Part shown: one piece after another, positions 44,003-53,427 of the stretch
Layout: each line of letters opens with the position of its first letter
Numbering within the stretch: the stretch's first letter is position 1
Source of the DNA: Christensenellaceae bacterium
GTDB taxonomy: Bacteria; Bacillota; Clostridia; Christensenellales; Christensenellaceae
Assembly: GCA_036660175.1 (NCBI GenBank)
Contig: JAVXBD010000001.1
Coordinates: forward strand, 4,511-68,510
Length of the DNA: 64,000 bases
Reading direction: 5' to 3'
Program-made: the position numbers and the translations under genes
The notes under the pieces: generated by a model
Told to the model about the DNA's origin: nothing
Databases searched by the model: none
Seen by the model: the letters and a program-made list of their open reading frames with translations, nothing else

Positions 44003-45367
44003 TTATTTTCTTTCATCAATTTTTACATATTCACGTGCATCAAAAATGCTCTTATATGCCGGTCTAATAATTTTGCCAGCATTAAGCAATTCTTCAATTC
44101 TGTGCGCACTCCACCCAGCAATACGAGCAATCGCAAAAATTGGCGTAAACAGTTCGGTGGGCAGATTGAGCATACTATAAACAAATCCGCTGTAAAAATC
44201 AACATTTGCACTGACGCCTTTATAAATCTTGCGCTCTTTTGCAATGACCTCTGGTGCACATTTTTCAACTATGGAATACAGCTGAAATTCCTTTGTTAAT
44301 CCTTTTTCATCGGACAGACTCTTGACGAATGCTTTAAAAATATTCGCTCTTGGATCGGAAAGTGAATAAACTGCATGTCCCATGCCATAAATCAGCCCAG
44401 CTTTATCAAATGCCTGCTTATTGAGCAAAGAAACAAGATACTGTTTGACTTCCTCTTCGTCTGTCCAATCCTTAATATTTTTCTTCATATCATCAATCAT
44501 TTGCACTACTTTTATATTAGCGCCACCGTGCTTTGGACCTTTTAAAGACCCGAGCGATGCTGCAACTGTTGAATAGGTATCTGTACCTGAGGATGAAACA
44601 ACTTTTGTTGTAAAAGTGGAGTTGTTTCCGCCTCCATGCTCTGCGTGCAGAACCAATGCTACATCTAATATTTTTGCTTCCAGTTTTGTATATTTACTAT
44701 CAGGACGGAGCAAATACAGAATGTTCTCCGCAGTCGATAAATTCGGTTGCGGCGAATGAATAAATAGGCTTTGTCCATCATGATAATGTTTAAAAGCTTG
44801 ATAGCCATATACAGACAGTAGCGGAAACAACGCAATGAGTTCGATTGATTGGCGCAGTACATTTGGAATACTAATGTTATCTGCTTTTTCATCATATGAA
44901 TAAAGTGTCAGTACACTTCTTGCAAGCGTATTCATCATGTCAGAGCTAGGTGCTTTCATAATAATATCTCTAACAAAACTTGTTGGAAGCGTTCTATAAT
45001 GCGCAAGCAACGCTGTAAAATCTTCTAATTCATCTCTATTTGGCATTTCGCCCATCAATAAAAGATATACCGTTTCTTCAAACCCAAATCGTCCTTCACG
45101 GATAAAACCATCTACAATATCTTCAATGTTGATACCACGATAATAAAGACGGCCTTCACAGGGTATCATTTCGTCCCCTTGTTCAACAAAGGAAACAATA
45201 TCTGATATTTTTGTTAAACCTGCTAAAACACCTTTTCCGTTTATATCACGCAATCCACGTTTAACCTGATACTTATTATAGAGTGCTGCATCAATTTGAT
45301 TATTCGCATTACAGCGTTCTGAAAGTGCTGCAATCTCTGGTGTGATTTCTGAAAACTTATCTGACAT
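44003..45367 (-). CDS. Citrate synthase (classical Si-type family)
   Basis: LHAEHGGGNNSTF, GMGHAVYSLSDPR and NVDFYSG blocks. I chose the start at MSDKFSE with a GGAGG ribosome-binding site. The ORF-track extension to 45469 lacks a ribosome-binding site. Confidence 0.9.
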   Translation of the reverse strand: MSDKFSEITPEIAALSERCNANNQIDAALYNKYQVKRGLRDINGKGVLAGLTKISDIVSFVEQGDEMIPCEGRLYYRGINIEDIVDGFIREGRFGFEETVYLLLMGEMPNRDELEDFTALLAHYRTLPTSFVRDIIMKAPSSDMMNTLARSVLTLYSYDEKADNISIPNVLRQSIELIALFPLLSVYGYQAFKHYHDGQSLFIHSPQPNLSTAENILYLLRPDSKYTKLEAKILDVALVLHAEHGGGNNSTFTTKVVSSSGTDTYSTVAASLGSLKGPKHGGANIKVVQMIDDMKKNIKDWTDEEEVKQYLVSLLNKQAFDKAGLIYGMGHAVYSLSDPRANIFKAFVKSLSDEKGLTKEFQLYSIVEKCAPEVIAKERKIYKGVSANVDFYSGFVYSMLNLPTELFTPIFAIARIAGWSAHRIEELLNAGKIIRPAYKSIFDAREYVKIDERK

Positions 45368-45660
45368 ATGACATAATCCTCCTTTTTTCTGTGTTGATTT
45401 TCTATCGTATACGTAAAACAAATGAAAAGCATTTCCATAAATACTTTCGACGTACATCGTGATTTGCAAATTAGAACTTAAATCTTATATCACAAAATCA
45501 AACTTATTTATACAATAAACTTTTGTGTAAATAATCTCAACTTATATTATACAATAAATCATACTTTTTGTAACGCTTTTTTTAATATTTAGCAATTTTA
45601 TACAAATTATTTTGTGTATAATTTCTGTTTTATATATAAATTAAAAAAATAAATGCGAAA

Positions 45661-45706
45661 CAAAAAAAGCGTTCATTTTATACAATTAGATAAAATAAAC
45701 GCTTTT
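45661..45706 (-). terminator. Terminator hairpin after the malic enzyme gene
   Basis: 14-bp stem with one mismatch (RC of 45667-45704), followed on the minus strand by TTTTT. Confidence 0.5.
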
Positions 45707-45723
45707 AAATTTTAAAGCTTACC

Positions 45724-46896
45724 TTATATTCTATTAACACCTGTTTTAATTGCCGCTTCTGCTACAGCTTTTGCAACTGTTTGCGCTACCTCTTTATTAA
45801 AAGGAGAAGGAATGACGTACTCAGGTTTTAACTCTTCTTTTGAAATCAAACTTGCAATTGCATATGCCGCTGCTATTTTCATCTCATCATTGATGTCGCT
45901 TGCACGAACGTCAAGCGCACCTCTAAAAATACCAGGAAAAGCCAAAACATTGTTGATTTGATTTGGAAAATCGCTTCTTCCTGTTCCAACAACCGCCGCT
46001 CCTGCATTTATAGCAAGATCTGGCATAATCTCTGGTACTGGGTTTGCCATTGGGAAAAGAATAGGATCTTTTGCCATGGATTTTACCATTTCTTCTGTTA
46101 CTGTTCCAGCGGCAGAAACACCGATAAACACATCTGCTCCAGCTAAAACATCTGCAAGACTACCTTTTTTCATGAATTTGTTAGAGATTGCAGCCATTTC
46201 TTTTTTCTCATCATTTAGCCCATCTCTTCCCTCATAAATTGCACCTTTGCGGTCACACATCACGACATCTTTTAATCCCATCGCCATCAAAAGTTTGATG
46301 ATTGCAATACCAGCCGCACCTGCACCTGATGTTACGACACTGATATTCTCTATGTTTTTCCCAACGATTTTCAAAGAGTTAATCAATGCAGCAAGCGTTA
46401 CAACTGCTGTACCATGCTGATCATCATGGAAAATCGGAATATCACAAACCGCTTTAAGCTTGCGTTCAATTTCAAAACATCTTGGTGCACTGATGTCTTC
46501 TAAATTGATACCGCCAAAGCTTCCTGCAAGAAGCGTTACTGTTTTTACAATATCATCGACATTTTTACTTCTGATGCACAGCGGAAATGCGTCAACATCG
46601 CCAAATGTTTTAAACAGAACGCACTTCCCTTCCATAACGGGCATGCCAGCTTCTGGTCCAATATCTCCTAATCCCAGTACTGCTGTACCATCTGTAACAA
46701 CTGCTACGATATTCCCTCTGCGTGTATATTCATAAGACATATTTACATCTTTTTCAATTGCAAGACACGGTTCAGCAACACCTGGCGTGTATGCAATTGA
46801 TAAATCTTCTTTTGTTTCTAAAGGCACTCTACTGATTACTTCAATTTTGCCCTTCCACTCCGTATGCGCTTTGATTGCTAATTCTTTGTTATCCAT
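45724..46896 (-). CDS. NAD(P)-dependent malic enzyme (short, MaeB N-terminal-type)
   Basis: Blocks LSIAYTPGVAEP, GDIGPEAGMPVMEGK, FGGINLEDI, FHDDQHGTA, and the Rossmann motif SGAGAAG. The start at MDNKEL lies 5 nt after GGAGGA. The ORF-track ATG at 46908 sits inside that ribosome-binding site. Confidence 0.9.
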   Translation of the reverse strand: MDNKELAIKAHTEWKGKIEVISRVPLETKEDLSIAYTPGVAEPCLAIEKDVNMSYEYTRRGNIVAVVTDGTAVLGLGDIGPEAGMPVMEGKCVLFKTFGDVDAFPLCIRSKNVDDIVKTVTLLAGSFGGINLEDISAPRCFEIERKLKAVCDIPIFHDDQHGTAVVTLAALINSLKIVGKNIENISVVTSGAGAAGIAIIKLLMAMGLKDVVMCDRKGAIYEGRDGLNDEKKEMAAISNKFMKKGSLADVLAGADVFIGVSAAGTVTEEMVKSMAKDPILFPMANPVPEIMPDLAINAGAAVVGTGRSDFPNQINNVLAFPGIFRGALDVRASDINDEMKIAAAYAIASLISKEELKPEYVIPSPFNKEVAQTVAKAVAEAAIKTGVNRI

Positions 46897-46924
46897 AATA
46901 TCCTCCATTTATTTTTAGTATTAT

Positions 46925-47869
46925 TTAATCTACTAATGATTTATGTAAAAAGGTTTTCATTGTTGTTGCTGAAGTTTTCAGTTCTTCCAGTTCTTTCTCA
47001 TTTAAGTGTAAATCAACCACTCTCTTGATACCATTTCTTGTAATAATGCAGGGTAACGAGAGTGCAACGTCTGATATTCCATATTCTTCATCAAGCACAT
47101 GTGTTACAGGAAGTACGGTATGTTCATCATCTAAAATTGCTGAAACAATACGCCCGACCAAGAGTGCAATACCATAGTTTGTTGCACCTTTTAGGCTAAT
47201 GACTTCTGCTCCTGAATCTCTTGTCCTTGTAAATATTTTTTCTCTGTCCAAAACTTTTCCAGTATCATTACATACATCATCAATCCGTTCTCCTGCGATG
47301 GTAACACCACTCCATATGGGAACTTGTGTATCTCCGTGTTCTCCGATGATATATGCATTGATGTCCCTAATATCAGAATCAAAATACTGACCTAAGAAAT
47401 ATCTAAATCGTGATGTATCAAGCAGAGTTCCGGTGCCAATGACCTGTGAAGCAGGCAATCCTGATTCTTTTTGCGCAACATAAGTCAGTGCATCTACAGG
47501 ATTTGATACTACAATAATCATGGTATCGTCATTGTGTTTTACAACATTCCGTACAATATCTTTCATGATTTTAATATTTGTCTGTGCCAGTTCCAAACGA
47601 GATTGACCGCTTCTGCGTGCTACACCTGCTGTAATAATCACCATAGAAGCATCTTTACAATCCTCATAAGTACCATCTTTTATAGATAGTTGTCGATAAA
47701 AAGCAATTCCGTGTTTCATGTCAAGAACGTTTCCGTGTGCCTTATCTTTGTCAACATCAATGATGACAATGTCAGAACTCAAACGTTTGAGCATTAGGGT
47801 ATATGCGACGGTTATGCCTACATTTCCTGCGCCAACTACTACAATTTTGTCTCTAGATTTTTTTATCAT
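46925..47869 (-). CDS. LDH-family L-2-hydroxyacid dehydrogenase with Arg at the Gln102-equivalent position (likely malate/oxaloacetate specificity rather than lactate)
   Basis: VVGAGNVG Rossmann motif, IIGEHGDTQVPIWS (catalytic His), LDTSRFR (Arg171). The specificity loop reads TAGVARRSGQSRLEL where B. stearothermophilus LDH has CAGANQKPGETRLDL (Arg85 codon at 47615-47617). Confidence 0.8.
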   Translation of the reverse strand: MIKKSRDKIVVVGAGNVGITVAYTLMLKRLSSDIVIIDVDKDKAHGNVLDMKHGIAFYRQLSIKDGTYEDCKDASMVIITAGVARRSGQSRLELAQTNIKIMKDIVRNVVKHNDDTMIIVVSNPVDALTYVAQKESGLPASQVIGTGTLLDTSRFRYFLGQYFDSDIRDINAYIIGEHGDTQVPIWSGVTIAGERIDDVCNDTGKVLDREKIFTRTRDSGAEVISLKGATNYGIALLVGRIVSAILDDEHTVLPVTHVLDEEYGISDVALSLPCIITRNGIKRVVDLHLNEKELEELKTSATTMKTFLHKSLVD

Positions 47870-47954
47870 CGTTTTGTCCTTTCGAGTAATACAATAATTT
47901 ATAAAATTAATGAACCAATCCTACCCCATTATATAGTATAACTCACAAATCAAA

Positions 47955-47972
47955 TTGTCAATACTTTCACAA
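47955..47972. promoter_or_regulatory. Rex-box-like 18-bp palindrome upstream of the LDH-family gene
   Basis: TTGTCAATACTTTCACAA matches the Firmicute Rex consensus TTGTGAAnnnnTTCACAA at 13 of 14 defined positions. On the minus strand it contains a TTGACA -35-like hexamer. It lies 86-103 nt upstream of the start codon. Confidence 0.55.
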
Positions 47973-48007
47973 ACATTATTTTGCTATTTATTAGAATCAT
48001 TATATAA

Positions 48008-48035
48008 TTGACAAATGATTCATTCATGATAAAAT
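48008..48035 (+). promoter_or_regulatory. Candidate sigma-A promoter of the DMT transporter gene
   Basis: TTGACA (48008-48013), a 16-nt spacer, then TAAAAT (48030-48035). The -35 is flanked by the 8-bp inverted repeat GAATCATT / AATGATTC. Confidence 0.4.
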
Positions 48036-48085
48036 TATTAACTGTACGCACTTCCGTTTTACTTTGTATTAGAAAGGTTCTCAGC

Positions 48086-48973
48086 ATGAAATCATCTATC
48101 AAATATGATATATTACTGCTTTGTACTGCAATTGTTTGGGGTACAGGTTTTATTGCTTCAAAATTTGCTTTGTCCTGTGGACTTCCAGCAAGTTTGATTA
48201 TTACTTTGCGTATGCTGTTCGCAGCGCTCCTCTTACTTCTGATATTCTTTAAGCAAATAAAATCACTGTCAAAGCCACATATAAAGCACGGTATCATTGC
48301 TGGAATACTGATGGGCATTGGGTATCTAACGCAAACAATTGCCATGAATCATACTTCTGTATCCAATAACGCTTTTTTAACAACTCTAAACGTAGTTTTT
48401 GTACCGTTTATCAGTTGGATAATTCTAAAAAAAAGACCTTCTGCAAAGACATTTTTGTCCGTTGCAGTCGGTTTTTTAGGAATTTTTATATTAACACGTA
48501 TCTATGAAACAAAACTTAGTTTTAATGTTGGCGATGTTTTATCTTTAATATGTGCTGCTGTTTTTGCGTGTCAAATCGCCTATATCGGTTTTGCCGCCAA
48601 AAATGTTCAGGCTGGATCGTTTTCATTTGTACAGATTGTGATTACCGCCGCCATTTCGCTGATATATTTTGCCCTTTTCGAGTCCGATTTTGCTATGACT
48701 GCAACCTTTGGATTTGGAATTTTAGCAACCGTCTATTTAGGTGTAGTATGTACTGCATTTGGCTTTTTTTTACAGTGTTTTGCACAAGCATATGTCCCTG
48801 CCTCACGTGCAGCACTGATACTCTCTCTTGAGGGGTTTACCGCAACACTCATCTCTGTTGGTTTAGGAATAGAGCCGCTGCGGTTGTCCATTATCATTGG
48901 CGGTTTATTGATTATGCTCTCTATTTTTATCTTAGAATTCAATTTAAAGAAAACAAAACTCAGTACTTTTTAG
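48086..48973 (+). CDS. DMT-superfamily (EamA-like) transporter
   Basis: About ten TM segments arranged as two EamA-like halves. I chose the start at MKSSIKYD with an AGAAAGG ribosome-binding site. Confidence 0.8.
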   Translation: MKSSIKYDILLLCTAIVWGTGFIASKFALSCGLPASLIITLRMLFAALLLLLIFFKQIKSLSKPHIKHGIIAGILMGIGYLTQTIAMNHTSVSNNAFLTTLNVVFVPFISWIILKKRPSAKTFLSVAVGFLGIFILTRIYETKLSFNVGDVLSLICAAVFACQIAYIGFAAKNVQAGSFSFVQIVITAAISLIYFALFESDFAMTATFGFGILATVYLGVVCTAFGFFLQCFAQAYVPASRAALILSLEGFTATLISVGLGIEPLRLSIIIGGLLIMLSIFILEFNLKKTKLSTF

Positions 48974-50210
48974 TCGATTCCAGTACCAAAGCAAACACAT
49001 TTAAAACGGTCATGTTTCTAATATGTTCTCGCTCAAATCCTTTGCGGTTGTTGCCCAACTCCAGCTTTAACACTTTTGTCAGCTTATCCGAATTAATTGC
49101 GATATAGACAAGCCCTACAGGTTTTTCATCAGTGCCTCCATCAGGGCCCGCAATTCCCGTTGTACTAACACCAATATCCGCACCAGAAATTCTGCGTACA
49201 CCCGCCGCCATTTCCTGCGCTGTTTGCTCAGATACTGCACCATATTTCTTTAACGTTTCTGTTTTTACACCCAAAACACTGTGTTTGATATGATTTGCAT
49301 ACGAACACACGCCACATTCAAAAACATCACTAGAGCCAGCAATATCAGTAATACGTTTGGAAATTAGTCCGCCTGTACAGCTTTCAGCTGTTGAAATTTT
49401 TAACGATTTCTTTTTTAAAGCCTGTACAACGGCACTTTCAAAGTTTTCAACATCAATGCCATAAATATATTGTCCTAATTGATTTTTAATTTGTTCAATA
49501 ACAGGTTTTATCAACACTTCGCATTCTTCTTTTGTGGTTGCTGATGCCGTCACACGCAATGTTACCTCACCAATTTTTGCATATGGCGCAATCGTTGGAT
49601 TGTGACTGCTTTTCATGAGGTCATACAATGCGTCTTCCACAGAAGATTCTCCAATACCAAAAAGCTTGATATTGTGCGATACCAGCACCTTATCAGAAAA
49701 TCCAGTGAGATATGGAACAACATCATGATCAAACATCGGTTTCATTTCCTTTGGTGGTCCTGGCAGCAAGATTGCAATTTGATTATTTTCTTTTACCGCC
49801 AATCCTGGAGCTGTTCCATTTGCATTGGTAAAGATGGTCGCATCTTGTGGCATCATTGCCTGTTTTTTATTATTTTGTGTCATTGGTCGGTCAATTTTCT
49901 TAAAAAAATCTTCAATGCTCTTTAAGGATTTCTCATCCATAATCATCTTCTTATGAAAATATTCCGCAACAGTTTCTTTTGTCAAATCGTCATAAGTAGG
50001 CCCCAACCCACCCGTCATAATAACAATATCTGCACGTGAAAAAGCAAGCGACAGACTCGACTTTAATCTGTCGTTGTTATCCCCCACTACCGTTTGATAA
50101 TAAACATCAATTCCAATATTTGCAAGTTCCTTTGCAATATAAGGCGCATTGGTGTTTATAATATCACCTAATAATAATTCTGTTCCAACACATAAAATTT
50201 CTGCTCTCAT
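48960..50210 (-). CDS. cinA: CinA-family competence/damage-inducible protein (MoCF-like domain plus nicotinamide-nucleotide amidohydrolase PncC domain)
   Basis: N-terminus MRAEILCVGTELLLGDIINTNA ... MTGGLGPTYDD and C-terminal TAESCTGGL ... VSTTGIAGPDGG. Confidence 0.92.
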   Translation of the reverse strand: MRAEILCVGTELLLGDIINTNAPYIAKELANIGIDVYYQTVVGDNNDRLKSSLSLAFSRADIVIMTGGLGPTYDDLTKETVAEYFHKKMIMDEKSLKSIEDFFKKIDRPMTQNNKKQAMMPQDATIFTNANGTAPGLAVKENNQIAILLPGPPKEMKPMFDHDVVPYLTGFSDKVLVSHNIKLFGIGESSVEDALYDLMKSSHNPTIAPYAKIGEVTLRVTASATTKEECEVLIKPVIEQIKNQLGQYIYGIDVENFESAVVQALKKKSLKISTAESCTGGLISKRITDIAGSSDVFECGVCSYANHIKHSVLGVKTETLKKYGAVSEQTAQEMAAGVRRISGADIGVSTTGIAGPDGGTDEKPVGLVYIAINSDKLTKVLKLELGNNRKGFEREHIRNMTVLNVFALVLESTKKY

Positions 50211-50219
50211 TTTATTCTC

Positions 50220-51125
50220 CTATCCATAAATAATCTGACCAATTTTTCGATATAACCCACTTTTAAATAATTGATAACGATTTAAAGTCAAAAATCTTTT
50301 ACATTTCCCATACTGCTCAAGCGCACAAAACGCATTTAGCATTTCTGCTTGCTGGTTATCCAGACCATCACGAAAAGTCTTTAAAAACGCTTGTGCCTGC
50401 TTATAGGTCATTTTGATAGACTCATGAATTCCCTGTGTATTATTTATTTTGGATTTAAAGTATTCTGCACTTTTTACATCTTTAGCACCAACTTCATTTT
50501 GCGTATGCTGTCGATACTTGACAGTTGCAAGCGGTAAAAAAATCACTTTTCCAAATGCTGCCGCAATCAGTGCAAGCCACCAATCGTGCATAATACTATC
50601 ATCTGCATTTCTAAATTGCTCGACTAACGCTTTATTAATCAACATCGTGCATCCCGTCACATTATTTTGAGCAATCAGCCTGTTAAGTGTACAATATGCA
50701 GGATTTAATTTTTGCAAGTGCATCAGAGAAGGATTTAATTGGTGCAGCGTATTATCTACCACTTCTAAATCTGTATGCACTAATAATGGAATAGACTGCT
50801 CATACCGCCATATTTCATGCAAAGAAATCTCGATTTTATTTGGAAGCCACACGTCATCTTGATCCGCAAAAAAAACAAATTCGCTACTTGCATGTTTAAG
50901 CAGCTGAAAAAAGTTATTCTTCGCACCTCCAGCGGTGTCACCGTCATGCACAATTTCAATTTTTAATTGATTTTGATAGGATTTCACAATATCAATTGTA
51001 CGGTCGATAGAGTTGTCATCACGTACAATCAACCTAAAATCTTGATAGGTTTGACAAACAAGTGAATCCAGCAATTCGCTAATATAACCCTCTCCATTGT
51101 AGGTGGCAAGTAAAACATCAACCAT
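50220..51125 (-). CDS. Family-2 glycosyltransferase (rhamnosyltransferase-like)
   Basis: VLLATYNGEGYI ... RDDNS.D ... FFADQDDVW (DxD) pattern. It lies 9 nt upstream of cinA. Confidence 0.8.
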   Translation of the reverse strand: MVDVLLATYNGEGYISELLDSLVCQTYQDFRLIVRDDNSIDRTIDIVKSYQNQLKIEIVHDGDTAGGAKNNFFQLLKHASSEFVFFADQDDVWLPNKIEISLHEIWRYEQSIPLLVHTDLEVVDNTLHQLNPSLMHLQKLNPAYCTLNRLIAQNNVTGCTMLINKALVEQFRNADDSIMHDWWLALIAAAFGKVIFLPLATVKYRQHTQNEVGAKDVKSAEYFKSKINNTQGIHESIKMTYKQAQAFLKTFRDGLDNQQAEMLNAFCALEQYGKCKRFLTLNRYQLFKSGLYRKIGQIIYG

Positions 51126-51186
51126 AGAGTACTCCTTTAAAATATCATATACTTAATTTAACACTTTTTTTGATTAAAAGAAAGTA

Positions 51187-51225
51187 TAAAAAAAGATGAG
51201 CTATATGAATTGCCCATCTTTTTTA
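51187..51225 (-). terminator. Rho-independent terminator after rubrerythrin
   Basis: Stem aagatgagc / gcccatctt (one mismatch) with a 10-nt loop, and A/T runs on both sides. Confidence 0.6.
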
Positions 51226-51237
51226 TCTAAATAAACC

Positions 51238-51783
51238 TTAGAAATTGTCTTCCATTAGTTGAAAATATGCTTTTGGATGATCACAAACAGGACATTTTTC
51301 AGGAGCGCTCTTTGAAAATTGAATGTGTCCGCAATTTGAGCATTGCCACATCACAGGTTCTTCTCTGTCAAAGACTTTGCCGTCAATAATATTATCACAA
51401 AGCTTGTTGTATCTTTCTTCGTGCGCTTTTTCTACTTTCCCTGCACCCTCAAACATCTTCGCAATTTCATCAAAGCCCTCTTCACTTGCAATTTTTGCAA
51501 AGGAAGGATACATCTCTGTTGTTTCATAATGCTCGCCTGCAGCCGCATCTTTCAAGTTGGTAACTGTATCTGGAACTTTATTATCAGGATGCAGCCATTT
51601 AAACCATAATTCTGCGTGCTCTTTTTCATTTCCAGATGTTTCTGCAAAAATATTGGAAATTTGCACGTATCCATCTTTCTTTGCCTGTGAAGAATAATAA
51701 ATATACTTCATATGCGCCATAGATTCTCCTGCAAAAGCATCCTGCAAACATTTCTCCGTTTTTGTTCCTTTTAAATCTTTCAT
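51238..51783 (-). CDS. rbr: Rubrerythrin
   Basis: Ferritin-like di-iron domain (EKEHAELW, KAHEERY) plus a C-terminal rubredoxin CSNCGH ... CPVCDH. Confidence 0.92.
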   Translation of the reverse strand: MKDLKGTKTEKCLQDAFAGESMAHMKYIYYSSQAKKDGYVQISNIFAETSGNEKEHAELWFKWLHPDNKVPDTVTNLKDAAAGEHYETTEMYPSFAKIASEEGFDEIAKMFEGAGKVEKAHEERYNKLCDNIIDGKVFDREEPVMWQCSNCGHIQFSKSAPEKCPVCDHPKAYFQLMEDNF

Positions 51784-51880
51784 ACTTATTTACTCCTTTA
51801 TACTCATTTTTTTCAGCAAAAATGCTTATGTACTACTCATAAACACTCTTGTAGATTTAAAAACAGTCATTTCTTAGTGA

Positions 51881-53311
51881 TTATACACTGAGTTCACCTT
51901 TCAACTCCAGTTTTCCTGCATAGTGCGATAATACTGGCTCTACTTCGTGCTTTAAAAAGTCTGAAACCTGCACATTTGCAAGTCCAATAAATTTTTCTGG
52001 TTTTAATATTGCGGCAATTTCTGTATCTGTCATCATAAAGGCACTATCCGATTCGATCAATTCAATTAGATTATTGTTCAAGCCCTGCTCTTTTACACGT
52101 GCACCTGCAATCATCGAATATTCTCTTATTTTTTCATGCAGCTCTTGCCTATCGCCGCCACGTTTTACAGCTTCCATCAAGATTGTTTCGGTTGCCATAA
52201 AGGGAAGCTCCTCGTTAATACGTTTTTCAATAACTTTATGGTATACCACCATACCGCTTGAAATGTTGATATAGATATTGAGTACAGCATCAAGTGCCAA
52301 AAAAGCCTGTGGTATTACAAGACGTTTATTTGCACTATCATCCAGTGTACGTTCAAACCACTGCGTAGAAGCCGTTATTGCTGGGCTGCTTGCAAGGCTG
52401 ATAATGTATCGACTCAAAGATGAAATGCGTTCTGAACGCATAGGGTTACGCTTGTAAGCCATTGCAGAAGAGCCAATTTGTTTTTTTTCAAAAGGCTCCT
52501 CAATTTCTTTTAGATTTTGTAATAATCGCAAATCATTAGAAAACTTATATGCACTTTGTGCGATATTTGACAGTAAATCCACTACTATGCTATCAAATTT
52601 ACGTGGATAAGTTTGCCCTGTTACTGCATAAACTTTGTTGTAACCCATCTTTTTTGCAACTTTTTTCTCTAACTTTTTAACTTTTTCTGCATCATTTTCA
52701 AAAAGTGTTAAAAAACTTGCCTGCGTACCAGTTGTACCCTTTACGCCTCTTAGCTTGATTTGTGATTTTACAAACTGAAGATGCTCATAATCCATCAGCA
52801 AGTCCTGTATCCACAAAGTCGCACGTTTGCCTACTGTTGTAAGCTGTGCTGGCTGAAAATGCGTGAAACCAAGTGTTGGTACATCTTTATATTCTTCTGC
52901 AAAATCACTCAATCGTGCAATGACGTTTACCAGTTTTAACTCGATTATTTCCAGCGCTTTGTCCATCACAATCACATCGGTATTATCCCCTACATAACAG
53001 CTTGTCGCACCAAGATGAATAATCCCTTTTGCACTCGGGCATTGCACACCATAGGCATAAACGTGTGACATCACATCATGCCGAACTTCTTTTTCACGTG
53101 CTTCGGCCACTTCATAATTAATATCTTCTGCGTGTGCCTCAAGCTCTTCAATTTGCTCTTTGGAAATCGGCAACCCCATCTCATGCTCTGCCTGTGCAAG
53201 CGCAATCCAGAGTTTTCTCCATGTTTTAAACTTCATATCGTCAGAAAAAACATAAGACATTGCCTTGCTAGCATACCTTGTAATTAGTGGGTTTTCATAA
53301 GTATCTCTCAT
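51881..53311 (-). CDS. purB: Adenylosuccinate lyase
   Basis: PLITRYASKAMSYVFSDDMKF N-terminus and the fumarate-lyase signature GSSAMAYKRNP. I chose the start at MRDTYENPL. The ORF-track ATG at 53338 has no ribosome-binding site. Confidence 0.92.
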   Translation of the reverse strand: MRDTYENPLITRYASKAMSYVFSDDMKFKTWRKLWIALAQAEHEMGLPISKEQIEELEAHAEDINYEVAEAREKEVRHDVMSHVYAYGVQCPSAKGIIHLGATSCYVGDNTDVIVMDKALEIIELKLVNVIARLSDFAEEYKDVPTLGFTHFQPAQLTTVGKRATLWIQDLLMDYEHLQFVKSQIKLRGVKGTTGTQASFLTLFENDAEKVKKLEKKVAKKMGYNKVYAVTGQTYPRKFDSIVVDLLSNIAQSAYKFSNDLRLLQNLKEIEEPFEKKQIGSSAMAYKRNPMRSERISSLSRYIISLASSPAITASTQWFERTLDDSANKRLVIPQAFLALDAVLNIYINISSGMVVYHKVIEKRINEELPFMATETILMEAVKRGGDRQELHEKIREYSMIAGARVKEQGLNNNLIELIESDSAFMMTDTEIAAILKPEKFIGLANVQVSDFLKHEVEPVLSHYAGKLELKGELSV

Positions 53312-53384
53312 TAACTGTACCGCCTTTATAAAATTCATTCTACATGAATCATTTTATATTGTTTGACAAATAATATCAACAGAA

Positions 53385-53416
53385 AATAAAAAAAGGAGTG
53401 AATTTACTCACTCCCT
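53385..53416 (-). terminator. Rho-independent terminator after rny
   Basis: Stem ggagtga / tcactcc (53395-53401 / 53408-53414) with a 6-nt loop, followed on the minus strand by an 8-nt T-rich run. Confidence 0.7.
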
Positions 53417-53427
53417 TTATTTTAGAG

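Noticed and set aside
43940-44299. 119-aa plus-strand ORF and the 5' extensions of several ORF-track entries (14050, 26958, 45469, 46908, 48008, 53338, 61093, 24218, 4979)
   Set aside because: The 119-aa ORF is antisense to citrate synthase. For the extensions, an internal start codon has a proper GGAGG-type ribosome-binding site at 5-10 nt and gives an N-terminus matching the family, whereas the longest-ORF start has none.
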